A DNA stretch of 64,000 nucleotides from contig CANLUT010000007.1 in assembly GCA_947494335.1 (NCBI GenBank), forward strand, positions 2,037 to 66,036. Reading direction: 5' to 3'. Below are positions 1 through 9,820 of this stretch, piece by piece. The stretch comes from Oligoflexales bacterium (GTDB lineage: Bacteria; Bdellovibrionota_B; Oligoflexia; Oligoflexales; RGVZ01). Position numbers and translations under genes: made by a program. Every line of letters begins with the position of its first letter. Position 1 is the first letter of the stretch. Below the pieces are notes generated by a model. That model did not search any database. It was given only the letters and a program-made list of their open reading frames with translations, and had not been told where the DNA came from.

Positions 1-243
1 GCCAAGGCAAAGGATTTTCCAAATTGGCGCGACCTGCCACTTTCCAAACGTCCGACGCCAAAGACGTCGCATACGTTGAATCCCGTACCGTTTACAGTGT
101 TTGACCCCGCAAGATCAAAGCCCTGGCGCTTAAACGCAGATGTCAAAAGCCCCAACTTAGGCAACGTCGCAAACACGATTTTGACACTCATGGACATTCC
201 AAACAGGGATTTATATTTACCAAGCCTCGTCGTGAAGGATTGA
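1..243 (+). CDS. gpmI: 2,3-bisphosphoglycerate-independent phosphoglycerate mutase, C-terminal fragment (5' truncated by window)
   Basis: Frame 1 reads ...KTSHTLNPVPF...LGNVANTILTLM...YLPSL to TGA at 241-243; TSHTxNPVP is the iPGM C-terminal metal-binding motif. Confidence 0.8.
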   Translation, partial: AKAKDFPNWRDLPLSKRPTPKTSHTLNPVPFTVFDPARSKPWRLNADVKSPNLGNVANTILTLMDIPNRDLYLPSLVVKD

Positions 244-248
244 CGTCA

Positions 249-1106
249 ATGAGCGATAATCACGGGAACGATACTGCCGAGTCATTTAAGGATTTTTGCA
301 AAACAATTGCCGCCCTTAGACATCCGGTGACCGGATGTCCCTGGGACCTCGAGCAAACTCATGCAAGCTTACGCCGATACATGATCGAGGAGGCTTACGA
401 AGCTGCGGAGGTTATGGATCCAGTGGATCCCAAAAAACTCTGCGAAGAGCTTGGTGACGTGCTTCTTCAAGTGGTGTTGAATTCACAACTCGCCAAAGAT
501 GAGGGAACATTCACTGTCGATGACGTTATCAACGGCATCAATCAAAAAATGAGAAGACGGCACCCACACGTCTTTGGAGACAAAGACACAGATACCTCAC
601 AACACTCACGCGAAGCATCAGCGATCCGTGCAAAGTGGGAAGAGATTAAAGCCTCAGAAGCCCGGGCGAAGGGCCAAAAACCAAGCGGCAAACCAGGTGT
701 TTTTGACCATTTAAAGCCAGGATCTATGTCCCCGGCATCTCAACTCGCAGTTGCCATCGGGAAAACAGCAAAAAACATCGCTTTTGATTGGGACACCAGC
801 AAAGCTGTCTTTGACCAATTTCAAAGCGAGGTGAAAGAATTAAAAGACGAAATCGACTCAGGTCGAGACAAAGCTAAAATCTATGAAGAGATGGGTGATG
901 TTATGTTCTCACTCAGCCAACTCTGCAGACATCTCGATGTCGACCCAGAAATCTGCGCCATGGATGGTAATAAGAAGTTTCTAAAACGCTTTCAAAACTT
1001 GGAACAAATTGCCAAGGCTGAAAGCATAGACGTCACAACTGCAGGAACAGCAAAACTTGAAGAGCTATGGCTTAAAGCCAAAAAATTTGAGGCGAAGCGA
1101 AAATAA
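249..1106 (+). CDS. mazG: Nucleoside triphosphate pyrophosphohydrolase MazG
   Basis: GCPWDLEQTH, EEAYE, EELGDVLLQV, KMRRRHPHVF and a second EEMGD domain; ATG 249 preferred over TTG 240. Confidence 0.93.
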   Translation: MSDNHGNDTAESFKDFCKTIAALRHPVTGCPWDLEQTHASLRRYMIEEAYEAAEVMDPVDPKKLCEELGDVLLQVVLNSQLAKDEGTFTVDDVINGINQKMRRRHPHVFGDKDTDTSQHSREASAIRAKWEEIKASEARAKGQKPSGKPGVFDHLKPGSMSPASQLAVAIGKTAKNIAFDWDTSKAVFDQFQSEVKELKDEIDSGRDKAKIYEEMGDVMFSLSQLCRHLDVDPEICAMDGNKKFLKRFQNLEQIAKAESIDVTTAGTAKLEELWLKAKKFEAKRK

Positions 1107-1556
1107 ATGACCGTCAAACCCACAGATAAAGTGACCATCACGACCGACGGTGCCTGCCTCGGAAATCCGGGACCAGGGGGATGGGCTGCCCTTCTTCAGT
1201 TTAAGGATAAGGAAAAGCTAATCTCAGGTGGCGACGCGGAAACCACCAATAATCGCATGGAACTTCAGGCTGTCATCGAGGGATTAAGTGCTTTGAAGAG
1301 ACGCTGCCACGTCACTGTGGTGACTGACAGCCAGTATGTGATGAAGGCCTTCAAGGAGGGCTGGCTTGCCAACTGGGAGCGCAACGGATGGAAGACGGCC
1401 GACCGTAAACCCGTCAAAAATCAGGATTTATGGCAGTCGCTCATGGAACTTGAGGAGAAGCACGACGTCCACTGGAAGTGGGTGAAGGGTCACGCCGGCC
1501 ACCCTGAAAACGAGCGGGTCGATGCTGAGGCGAGGAGCCAAGCCGAAAAAGCTTAA
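1107..1556 (+). CDS. rnhA: Ribonuclease HI
   Basis: [43 protein letters not shown]. Confidence 0.97.
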   Translation: MTVKPTDKVTITTDGACLGNPGPGGWAALLQFKDKEKLISGGDAETTNNRMELQAVIEGLSALKRRCHVTVVTDSQYVMKAFKEGWLANWERNGWKTADRKPVKNQDLWQSLMELEEKHDVHWKWVKGHAGHPENERVDAEARSQAEKA

Positions 1557-1594
1557 GTGCCTCTCACCATGCCCATTTCCGGGTCAGCTATCCC

Positions 1595-1623
1595 TTGACA
1601 GATGCGGGGCACATTGCTACAAC
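1595..1623 (+). promoter_or_regulatory. sigma70 promoter of rpsT
   Basis: TTGACA-N17-TACAAC with TG extension, ~80 nt upstream of rpsT. Confidence 0.65.
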
Positions 1624-1705
1624 CACCCCCTCTGTTTGGGTCATGAATGTACCAATCAGAGAAAGATAAGTCAGATTTAAACATTCGAATCAATTGGGGT
1701 TTCCT

Positions 1706-1996
1706 GTGGCCAATCATAAGTCAGCAACAAAAAGAGCTCGTTCCGCGCTTGTTAAGCGCGACCGCAATAGCCAGTACCTTGCTAGCGTTAGAACTGCCGT
1801 TAAGCGTTTCCGCTTCGCGCTCGAAGGTCTAAAAGCAGGTACCGAGAAAGACATCAAGAAAGTTGAAGGCGCATTGTCAAAAGCTCAAGAGCTATTGATG
1901 AAGGCTGCTAGCAAAGGCGTCGTTCATAAAAAAGCAGCGAGCCGCAAGGTAAGCCGCATGACCCAAGCTAAAAAAGCTGTTACTGACAAAAAGTAA
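1706..1996 (+). CDS. rpsT: 30S ribosomal protein S20
   Basis: (M)ANHKSATKRAR...RTAVKR...KGVVHKKAASRKVSR; GTG start at 1706 after GGGG. Confidence 0.95.
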   Translation: MANHKSATKRARSALVKRDRNSQYLASVRTAVKRFRFALEGLKAGTEKDIKKVEGALSKAQELLMKAASKGVVHKKAASRKVSRMTQAKKAVTDKK

Positions 1997-2018
1997 TCGC
2001 TAATTTATCGAATTCGAT

Positions 2019-2050
2019 AGCCACTGGTAGCCTCGCTACTGGTGGCTTTC
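2019..2050 (+). terminator. Probable intrinsic terminator after rpsT
   Basis: AGCCACTGGTAG-cctcg-CTACTGGTGGCT 12-bp stem (2 GU pairs) followed by TTC; sits between convergent genes. Confidence 0.55.
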
Positions 2051-3751
2051 TAATTTATCGATTGCAGTCAGGAGATTTGGGTGATCACCTAGTGACTCCC
2101 TGATAGATGTAAGAACATCCAAGGAAACTGAGTTATCAGGATTTTCAAGACAGGCTTGAACCAAAATACTGAGCGAAGGGGATTCTGGGCCACCGACGGC
2201 AACCGCCTTCTGGAGCCAAAAAACGGACTCCTCAAACATTTTTAGCCTTCGATATACAAGCCCCACACCCATTAGACACTGATAATCATTCGGGTTAACG
2301 GCAAGGCCGCGTTTAAAAAAACTGAGCGCATCTTCGTGACTATGACCATGCCACGCAAGATAGCCTAGGCCGCGCAAAGCCTGAAAGTTGGTATGGTTTA
2401 TTTTGAGAGAGTGCTCAAAAGATTGAATCGCTTCGTCGGCTCGTGAAAGAGCAACCAGCGCGTCACCGCGAATACGCATAATTTCTGAGTAATGCTCCAA
2501 TTCGCAAGTCGAGGCGAAATCACGAAGTTCCTCACATTTAACTAAAACATCACACGCATCCCGGTATGTCACCGGCACCTGATGTTGCTTGATAAATGTA
2601 TTTAGTCCTTGGCGACGAGAGATTTTAGCTTCGTTATGACAAACTTTATCTAGAGCTTTCAGAAAAATCGCAGCCGACTTTTCAGAACTAAGAATTGCCG
2701 AGGCCGACTGTGAGGTAAACCGTCGTAAATCTTGCGGCGGAGCAGCTTCAACCAGTTTTGCGAGTTCGAATGCTAAATCCGCAGAACTGAAGTCGTCAAT
2801 TTTCGTCACATCAACGCCAGTAAGCCATTCGTCTGCGACTGATCCTCGAGGCAGGATGACCTGAACACCAGCACATGCAGCAGCTAACGCGTGCCATGGC
2901 AACGGCTCAAGCTCATGCTTTTTTGTCCATCGACCTTCAATCAGCAGATCCGTCGCTGCCAAAAGATCTGACAAAAATGGAGACGTATCCTGAGCAAGAA
3001 ACAACACCTTAGAACCCAAACCCATATCAGACGCCTCATACTTGAGCTTACTTTGGGATTGGCCATCACCACAGACAAGTAAACGGACCTTTGACCTAAG
3101 ACCAGGAGCGATACGATTCATGCAAAGTCTGACACCCTGCATGATGGTCAGAGTTGGATCGATATCTTCAAGTGAAGTTTTAATTGTAATGAGCACAGCA
3201 TCATCAGGAATTCCAACGTAGCGTCGGAATTTTTGCCGCTTACTGGGGTCAAAAGCAAAGTCTGATCCCCGCATCACCGCTGGAAGTCGAACCATTCGGT
3301 CAGCCGAAACGCCTTCGATTTGGAGAAGCTGCTCAGTTTTTCTAGAAGACGTAAAAAATAAATCCGCGAATTGATGGATGTCGTACTGAATGGCTCGAAT
3401 GTTCGCATATTTCTCATATACGAAGGGCGAAAACTCGTGGGCAATACAGCAAAACTTGACGCCTAACTTGCGAGCGGCGCGCAGAGATTGAAAGGAAAAA
3501 AGACGACTTGTGTCGATCGCTACAATCAGATCGGCTCCAACCAGAAAGCGGTCTACGTCGCGCATAAAACCCGGCATATCTGGAATAAGCGGAAACATTG
3601 TAACCGGCAATGTCGTACATACCGGATGGTCAATTGATTCAAGAGCAAGTAACTCAACGCTGTGATAAGCCGCGACGGACTCCCACATGGCAAGCATCGC
3701 AGCATCTCGATGCGAGCCAATCACAACTTTAATTTTTAATGACGAGGACAT
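2036..3751 (-). CDS. Glycosyltransferase family 4-like (GT-B) protein with C-terminal TPR repeats
   Basis: GT4-like segments (LLVCGDG, VLFL..., LLAATDLLI) followed by TPRs (EAIQSFEHSLKIN, ALRGLGYL, ALSFFKRGLAVNPND). Confidence 0.7.
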   Translation of the reverse strand: MSSSLKIKVVIGSHRDAAMLAMWESVAAYHSVELLALESIDHPVCTTLPVTMFPLIPDMPGFMRDVDRFLVGADLIVAIDTSRLFSFQSLRAARKLGVKFCCIAHEFSPFVYEKYANIRAIQYDIHQFADLFFTSSRKTEQLLQIEGVSADRMVRLPAVMRGSDFAFDPSKRQKFRRYVGIPDDAVLITIKTSLEDIDPTLTIMQGVRLCMNRIAPGLRSKVRLLVCGDGQSQSKLKYEASDMGLGSKVLFLAQDTSPFLSDLLAATDLLIEGRWTKKHELEPLPWHALAAACAGVQVILPRGSVADEWLTGVDVTKIDDFSSADLAFELAKLVEAAPPQDLRRFTSQSASAILSSEKSAAIFLKALDKVCHNEAKISRRQGLNTFIKQHQVPVTYRDACDVLVKCEELRDFASTCELEHYSEIMRIRGDALVALSRADEAIQSFEHSLKINHTNFQALRGLGYLAWHGHSHEDALSFFKRGLAVNPNDYQCLMGVGLVYRRLKMFEESVFWLQKAVAVGGPESPSLSILVQACLENPDNSVSLDVLTSIRESLGDHPNLLTAIDKLESHQ

Positions 3752-3759
3752 TCTTGCTC

Positions 3760-6276
3760 CTAGTGCGACATTTTTTCGCTTGCTGACTTTGATTGGTCGG
3801 CCATATTTGTTAGGACTTCTGCCGTTGAGTTCGAAACATCGAAGCCAGATGACGTTGAAACAGTAAGCCCGACAACTACAGAGGACGACTCCAACTTCTC
3901 TTTACCATCCATCCGCACCATAATTTCGCCAGAGCTACCGCCGTCAACCTGATCCAACTTAAATTCAGTCTGCGGAATTGATATTTGAGCACCACCCAAA
4001 TTGGAAATTTTTAAAGAAACATCCTTGGCCATGACAGAGGATGGATTTGAGACTACTACCCGGAGTGAACCGGCCTCCAGAGGCTCAAGCTGCCCTGCTT
4101 TCTGACTGCGAGCCCCATCAACAAACTCAACACTAGCACTCAACGAAAATCTTTTTTCATCACTAACTTCAATTAAGAATTCACCCTGTGCATTTGGAAT
4201 TGCCTGAGCGTCAATTGCTATGCCGGCATTCACGTAATGTCGTCCTACACTGAGAGCCGCGGGGATAAATACGTTTAATTTGCCCTCTCTTGTCTGCCCA
4301 GCAGGAATTTTCCCTACCAAAAATTCCTTAGTCTCAAGTCCTGCGATCGGTGATTGAACGAAAACAGAAACGTTCTCTGCATTTTGAGATCCCAAATTAG
4401 TTATCTTCCAAGGCACTTCGAGCAAGTTACCCGTCCGCGCTTGAAGACCCTCATCTGGAGCTTTGATTTGCAACGCTAAAGCCGCCTTCTCAACCTGTCG
4501 GAATGGATCTGTCATCCAGTCGACAAGGATGTCATTTTTCAACCATTTAGCTGATTTTTCTGACATGGCTCTCAAACGATCTTTCACGTCCGGCATAGCG
4601 AGCGCTAATGCATGACTCGATCGTCTTGCACTTTCGGGAAATGTAGATCCATAAGTATCCCGCAGCTTTGCAAAAAGCGTCATAGCGACATCCATCTCAG
4701 GGTCTGCTTTATCCTCAGATTCGGGCACAGAATCCTTCAAAAAATACCCTTTTATTACAGGACGAACAGAGAATTGGGTGGACGTCACCGCACTCAAATG
4801 GTTCGGGAGAAACTGCTCATTTCGATATCTGTAAGGACCAAATAAATTATCGTTAGCCGCAGACTTGATCACGGGTTGGATCCAGATATCAGGCATGATT
4901 CCTACGTTCTGAATACTTTTTAAAGACGGTGTAAAATAGCGAGCAATCGTCAGTTTTAAGGCGCGTTTTTCCGGAAGCTCGAAAACGGTCTGCACGGAGC
5001 CCTTCCCAAAGCTCGGTTGACCAACAACAACAGCGCGACTATTATCCTGTAGCGCCCCTGCAACAATCTCACTAGCCGAGGCACTGTCCTCGTCCATCAA
5101 CACGACGAGCGGAAAATTTACCTCATTGAAATTTTTAGTGGCTCGCTCCGTCTCCTCGCGACGACCGCGCGTAGTAACAACAATCCCTTGGTCTAGGAAG
5201 ATGTCACTGACATGGACAGCCTGATCCAGAAGGCCACCTGGGTTCCCACGAAGATCCAATACGATTCCACCAATGGGGTGCTTTTTTCGAAACCGCTTAA
5301 TGTGATCTGTAATTTCCTTTGCTGTACGCGAGGCGAAATTCTCAACTTCAAGACGCAATATATGAAGACCGCCATCATGATGCTCATGGGCTTGTACCGA
5401 ATCGACCTCAATAATCTCACGCTTTAAACTGAGCAACTGTGGCGACCAACCACCCGGTCTTAGGGTAACTAAGTTGGCCACTGTCCCGGGTTCACCGCGC
5501 ATGTAGCCAACTAACTTGTCCAAACCGAGGCCAAAAGTCATTTGACCATTAATAGATATAATTTTGTCGTGCTTTTGGATGCCAAGCTTAATCGCAGGAC
5601 TTCTCGGTAATGGTTTGAGAACAGTCAGTACGTTCTCACGAACACCAACTAGGACGCCAAGGCCACCAAAGGCACCTTCAGTGTCATGTCTTAGCTCCTC
5701 GTAAGCATCCTTGGACATCAGCGAAGAATGAGCATCTAATGAACTTAGAAGGGCATTTACAACGATGGAGGACTCATCTCGTTCTCCACCCAACATTATA
5801 TTCTCACCTTTATTCATTAGCTCATTGATTTTAATTCTTTCACAAAACGCGATGAGACTCTTGAGACGTCCGAGCAGTTCTTCATAGTCCATTTCCTCGT
5901 CTACAGCGAACTCGAGAATCTCGGTGCCGTTACTGATTGAAATGGAAGAGTCTGACTCAACAAGCTTCAGTGCTGGGATCGCATAGGATAAAGACCTCAT
6001 GGTGCCAGCGATCAGTTGGCCGCCGGTGACCCGTTCAGAATCGACATAGTAGCTTTGGACCAGGCTTACGATTGAGTCCAGTAAGATGGCAGACGATGTC
6101 TCAACCTGACCAGACAGTTTTCCTAGCTTAGAGACTGTTCCCTCTCCAGCCCGACCTTTTGCGGACTGTCGACCTTCTCTCGGAGCAAAAATTACGAATA
6201 ATGATAGGGCAATCGCTGCAAATGCAACGGTATTCAAGCCCATTTGGCCGGAATTTCGTGAGCCCTTTTGGAACAT
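3760..6276 (-). CDS. S41 carboxyl-terminal protease (PDZ + peptidase + C-terminal Ig/CARDB-like domains; MXAN_5808-like)
   Basis: LDAHS, GAFGGLGV, PDZ region, DLRGNPGGLL, SASASEIVAGALQD, SFGKGSVQ, LTIARYFTP; N-terminal TM segment. Confidence 0.9.
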   Translation of the reverse strand: MFQKGSRNSGQMGLNTVAFAAIALSLFVIFAPREGRQSAKGRAGEGTVSKLGKLSGQVETSSAILLDSIVSLVQSYYVDSERVTGGQLIAGTMRSLSYAIPALKLVESDSSISISNGTEILEFAVDEEMDYEELLGRLKSLIAFCERIKINELMNKGENIMLGGERDESSIVVNALLSSLDAHSSLMSKDAYEELRHDTEGAFGGLGVLVGVRENVLTVLKPLPRSPAIKLGIQKHDKIISINGQMTFGLGLDKLVGYMRGEPGTVANLVTLRPGGWSPQLLSLKREIIEVDSVQAHEHHDGGLHILRLEVENFASRTAKEITDHIKRFRKKHPIGGIVLDLRGNPGGLLDQAVHVSDIFLDQGIVVTTRGRREETERATKNFNEVNFPLVVLMDEDSASASEIVAGALQDNSRAVVVGQPSFGKGSVQTVFELPEKRALKLTIARYFTPSLKSIQNVGIMPDIWIQPVIKSAANDNLFGPYRYRNEQFLPNHLSAVTSTQFSVRPVIKGYFLKDSVPESEDKADPEMDVAMTLFAKLRDTYGSTFPESARRSSHALALAMPDVKDRLRAMSEKSAKWLKNDILVDWMTDPFRQVEKAALALQIKAPDEGLQARTGNLLEVPWKITNLGSQNAENVSVFVQSPIAGLETKEFLVGKIPAGQTREGKLNVFIPAALSVGRHYVNAGIAIDAQAIPNAQGEFLIEVSDEKRFSLSASVEFVDGARSQKAGQLEPLEAGSLRVVVSNPSSVMAKDVSLKISNLGGAQISIPQTEFKLDQVDGGSSGEIMVRMDGKEKLESSSVVVGLTVSTSSGFDVSNSTAEVLTNMADQSKSASEKMSH

Positions 6277-6304
6277 CCTCTAGTTACCTCAATCGTTTCC
6301 AAAG

Positions 6305-6331
6305 TTATCGGCGCTGCCTCAATGGCCTTGA
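6305..6331 (-). promoter_or_regulatory. sigma28 (FliA)-type promoter for the S41 protease
   Basis: Minus strand TCAA-N15-GCCGATAA, ~30 nt upstream of ATG. Confidence 0.75.
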
Positions 6332-6434
6332 CGCTAGGTGGAAAAGAGGACTCTTTTTGAGGTTTTCTCAAAATCGTAATTACCCGTTATTATTGATATC
6401 AAATAGATTTCTTGCTTTTTCTTAAAGTTACTCC

Positions 6435-6461
6435 TCAATTTCGGCCGACACCTACCGATTC
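6435..6461 (+). promoter_or_regulatory. Possible sigma28-type promoter for the TPR protein
   Basis: TCAA-N15-ACCGATTC. Confidence 0.45.
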
Positions 6462-6514
6462 GTTCCTGTGAGGGAACTGAAGGCAACGGATATGCCTTCG
6501 AGAAGGGGCCAAGA

Positions 6515-8026
6515 ATGCCAAAGTATCAAGTGAACCTATGGAAACTCATTCGATCGATTTCATCGACGACATGGATTGTTTTTTCTGGTGCAGCCACAGC
6601 GACAGCAACTCCGAACAGCGAGTTGTCATCTGCATCCAAGGAACTTTCATCGAGTGAGTTCACGAAGATTGAGGAAGCCATTTTCGATGCGATTGAAAGC
6701 GATTTGCCTAAACTAGAAATTAGGGTCGCCCGCATGCTGCAGAACAACCCGGGAAATATCCATGCAAATTATCTGATGTCGACACTTCTTCTCAAAATGT
6801 ACACGACCGATCCTGGATCATTCATACTCATTAAGCAAAGTACAGATTTGGCCGCGCAGACCTACGACCTAAGCCGAAAGAATGAATTAGGGATCGCAGC
6901 CCTAGCAAATATTCTTGAAATTTCTGGAGAGTCTGAGAGAGGACTATCCATGCTCAACGAGGTCGAAAGACGCGGTATTCCTATTGGCTGGCGTACAAAG
7001 CTTGCTAAAGCCAAACTCCTGCAAAGTAGTCACAACCCTGAACTTGTTCTGCAAGCTTTAGAGGATGCTCTAAGCGACCCACGCGCCTCTCACCACTTGA
7101 TTTCTCCAGTATTGATCCAAGTCTTGTTGGAAAAATATGATGGAGACGAGCAAATAAATAAGCTTAAAGAATGGAAAACTCGCTGTAAATCCGTTGCAAT
7201 GGATCTGGCGCTGGCTGCATCGCATGCGATTAGTGGCGAGAATGAGGCTGCCATGAAAATATATTTTTCGATTCTGGAGCAACATCCGAACAATATCGAA
7301 GCTTTAATCAATCAAGGGATCATTGCAATGCGACTAAAAAACTACGGTTTGGCAGTCAAGCGCTTCTCATCAGCCATTGAAAATGGAACCTTGCCAGGAG
7401 ATATTACGGCTGCTCAGACAAATCTAGCCAATGCCCTGATAAGCGAAAAGCGTCAACCAGAGCTTGCAAAAAAGGCTGCGTACGATGCAATTAAGGGTGC
7501 TAGCGACACCGAGGGCGTTTTAATTGGAATCTTGGCAACATATCGTAAAGAGAGCTCCGTTGGTGCAACCTTATCTTTCCTTGACGATTTAGAAACGTCC
7601 GTCCCAGGTCTTCACTTAGGATATGCCTTAAAGGCTGAATTACTTAGCGAAAAGCTTGGACGCTACTATGATGCAATGCAATCATTTACTAACGCCATCA
7701 CGCTTGAGCCAATGCGTAGTGAGTATTATAACGGACGAGGACTTGCCTGGATGGGTATTGGTCGAATTGAGATCGCTCTAAATGATTTTGAAAGTGCCAC
7801 TTTTACAAATCCCGACGATGCCTCCGCCCGCTACAATTTTGCTTGTGCGCTAGCGAGACTGGGCCGCAAGGAAGATGCCGTCATCGCACTCGGAATGGCC
7901 TTTGAAATGGATCAAAGACTCATGATTCATGCTCAGACGGATCAGGATTTGGCATCACTGAGACCTGAGCCCTCTTTCAAAGCATTGTTCGATGGAAACT
8001 CAAAGCAATTTAGCGTGGCCCACTAA
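6515..8026 (+). CDS. Exported tetratricopeptide repeat protein
   Basis: Signal-like N-terminus; TPRs e.g. EYYNGRGLAW...ALNDFESA, ARYNFACALARLG; C-terminal AQTDQDLASLR cap. Confidence 0.8.
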   Translation: MPKYQVNLWKLIRSISSTTWIVFSGAATATATPNSELSSASKELSSSEFTKIEEAIFDAIESDLPKLEIRVARMLQNNPGNIHANYLMSTLLLKMYTTDPGSFILIKQSTDLAAQTYDLSRKNELGIAALANILEISGESERGLSMLNEVERRGIPIGWRTKLAKAKLLQSSHNPELVLQALEDALSDPRASHHLISPVLIQVLLEKYDGDEQINKLKEWKTRCKSVAMDLALAASHAISGENEAAMKIYFSILEQHPNNIEALINQGIIAMRLKNYGLAVKRFSSAIENGTLPGDITAAQTNLANALISEKRQPELAKKAAYDAIKGASDTEGVLIGILATYRKESSVGATLSFLDDLETSVPGLHLGYALKAELLSEKLGRYYDAMQSFTNAITLEPMRSEYYNGRGLAWMGIGRIEIALNDFESATFTNPDDASARYNFACALARLGRKEDAVIALGMAFEMDQRLMIHAQTDQDLASLRPEPSFKALFDGNSKQFSVAH

Positions 8027-9206
8027 GCTTTCGAGGATAAATCAGAAGTGGCGACACTTTCTCGACATATCCTTGAATTCCTTCATGCCAAAATGGATCA
8101 GACAACGAAAAGTCCTTATTAAGGAATTTTTCCGCTGACTTTTGGCTGCCGTAAATCAACTTCATAGGTAAGGTCTTATGATCATACTCATAGGGAGGAT
8201 CTTTCCAGGCAAAGCCTCCTTCACCCAACTCAATAGCAGCTCTCACAAGCGCAATTGACAAATCAAGACTTCGAACCGCTCTGTAGTCAGTTATGTGAAT
8301 CTGAATGCCTTTGCAGGTTTTGCCAGCCCATTTTTGCGATGTGGGTTCGAATTGAGCATCACGAATAAAAACACCTGGTGACTCACCACCAAGAAGGTTC
8401 ATGACTCTTTCCCGATACACGGAACCCTCGGGGATATATGGGGCTCCAATCAGCTGAAACGGCAAACCAGTTCCACGGCCTTCCGATATGTTTGTACCCT
8501 CAAATATAACTGTACCTGGATAAACATAAACTGGGTCTATGGTCGGAAGATTTGGTGATGTTAAAACCCACGGGCGACCTAAGTCACTCCAATAACTTTT
8601 TGGATCCCAGCCTTTAAGTTCGACAATTTCTAGTTCGCATCCAATGAATGAATTAAAGAATTTCGCCGATTCACCAGCAGACAATCCATGTCGCATGGGA
8701 ATGGGATACTCGCCGACAAATGAAGTACTATCCATGTCCAACACCCGCCCCTCGCACACCATACCACCGACGGGATTTGGACGATCCAGGACAACCACTT
8801 TTTTTCCATGTTTTTTTGCTGCGCGCATACACCCGGCAATCGTCGCTTTCCATGTATAAATGCGACAGCCGACAATCTGCAAGTCGATCACTATTGTATC
8901 TAGGTTTGACAGCATTTCGGCTGTTGGTTCTCTAGTCTCCGAATACAGACTAAAAAGCGGAATTCCAAATCTGGAAAACTGCCCATGACCAGTCTCGATC
9001 ATGTTGTCCTGCTTCGTACCGTAAAACCCGTGCTGAGGTCCAAAAAGCGCAGTAAGCCTTGGTCCAAGCACTGTTTTTAAAACGTCCCATGCCGGCAAAA
9101 ATTCAGAGGTGACCGATGCCTGATTACACACGAGGCCACATCGTCCCCACGATCGAGCCAAAGAGCTGTCAGCCGACACACGCTCCAAACCAACCAGACA
9201 TTTCAT
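8010..9206 (-). CDS. Exo-beta-N-acetylmuramidase NamZ family (DUF1343)
   Basis: GLVCNQAS, LFGPQHG, DLQIVGCRIYT, VLDRPNP, PMRHGLS.GE, SPNLPT, EGTNISEGRGT. Confidence 0.9.
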   Translation of the reverse strand: MKCLVGLERVSADSSLARSWGRCGLVCNQASVTSEFLPAWDVLKTVLGPRLTALFGPQHGFYGTKQDNMIETGHGQFSRFGIPLFSLYSETREPTAEMLSNLDTIVIDLQIVGCRIYTWKATIAGCMRAAKKHGKKVVVLDRPNPVGGMVCEGRVLDMDSTSFVGEYPIPMRHGLSAGESAKFFNSFIGCELEIVELKGWDPKSYWSDLGRPWVLTSPNLPTIDPVYVYPGTVIFEGTNISEGRGTGLPFQLIGAPYIPEGSVYRERVMNLLGGESPGVFIRDAQFEPTSQKWAGKTCKGIQIHITDYRAVRSLDLSIALVRAAIELGEGGFAWKDPPYEYDHKTLPMKLIYGSQKSAEKFLNKDFSLSDPFWHEGIQGYVEKVSPLLIYPRKLSGPR

Positions 9207-9223
9207 AATTGTTCCTGCAAGAG

Positions 9224-9466
9224 TTACAGACCGAGACGTTGTCCGATCCTGGACACTAAATTACCCAAGCAATCGTCTACTGACTTACCGCTGACGGACT
9301 CAACAAAGCTATTGCGATCCGTAGAATGCTCTCCGTGGCCTGTGAAGGTCCCATCACTGAATTCGTCGATTTCTAATTGATAAGTCACGCCCTTCACCAT
9401 GTAAGTGAAGTTGTGGACTTTGAATAACTTGCCCCCGGCGTGAACTTTAATATCTTTCCATGACAT
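9224..9466 (-). CDS. Hypothetical protein (80 aa)
   Basis: Clean ORF with AGGAG RBS upstream, co-oriented with the NamZ gene 17 nt downstream. Confidence 0.7.
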   Translation of the reverse strand: MSWKDIKVHAGGKLFKVHNFTYMVKGVTYQLEIDEFSDGTFTGHGEHSTDRNSFVESVSGKSVDDCLGNLVSRIGQRLGL

Positions 9467-9599
9467 GAGGATTGTCTCCTGGGAATTTTTTGCTTGTGCT
9501 GATCAAACTATTAATGACTTTTAGAACTGACCTCTAGTTTACGTTATTTGGACATATCTAGTCCATAAACCGGCAAGATTTCAGTAACATGCATCATCC

Positions 9600-9629
9600 T
9601 TGCTGTATTGAGTCGTCTTTTGGTAAGAT
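9600..9629 (+). promoter_or_regulatory. sigma70 promoter (extended -10) for candidate ncRNA
   Basis: TTGCTG-N18-TAAGAT preceded by TGn. Confidence 0.5.
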
Positions 9630-9633
9630 AGTA

Positions 9634-9820
9634 ATGAGGTCACAAAGACCTCATAGACTATACGTCTAGGAAAGGAGGTGGTGCTGTGGGTTGTTGTAAA
9701 CAAAACCCTAGTAGCGCGGAGGTGCGTGTCTCTTAGCTGAGACATCGGACCTGAAAGCTACCAACCGGCTCCCCTCCTTTCACAAATGGTTTCTTGATGG
9801 GGATGCCGGTTGCTCTTTTT
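9634..9820 (+). ncRNA. Candidate structured small RNA (or small-ORF mRNA)
   Basis: Promoter, then four hairpins, GAAAGGAGGTG, and a terminator containing CCTCCTTTC; no ORF >=60 aa in the region. Confidence 0.55.
9762..9820 (+). terminator. Intrinsic terminator of candidate ncRNA
   Basis: CAACCGGC-TCCCC...GGGGA-T-GCCGGTTG stem followed by CTCTTTTT. Confidence 0.65.

Noticed and set aside
9686-9736. Type I toxin
   Set aside because: The 16-aa peptide is polar with no TM helix and I found no clear antisense promoter/terminator; retained only within the ncRNA finding
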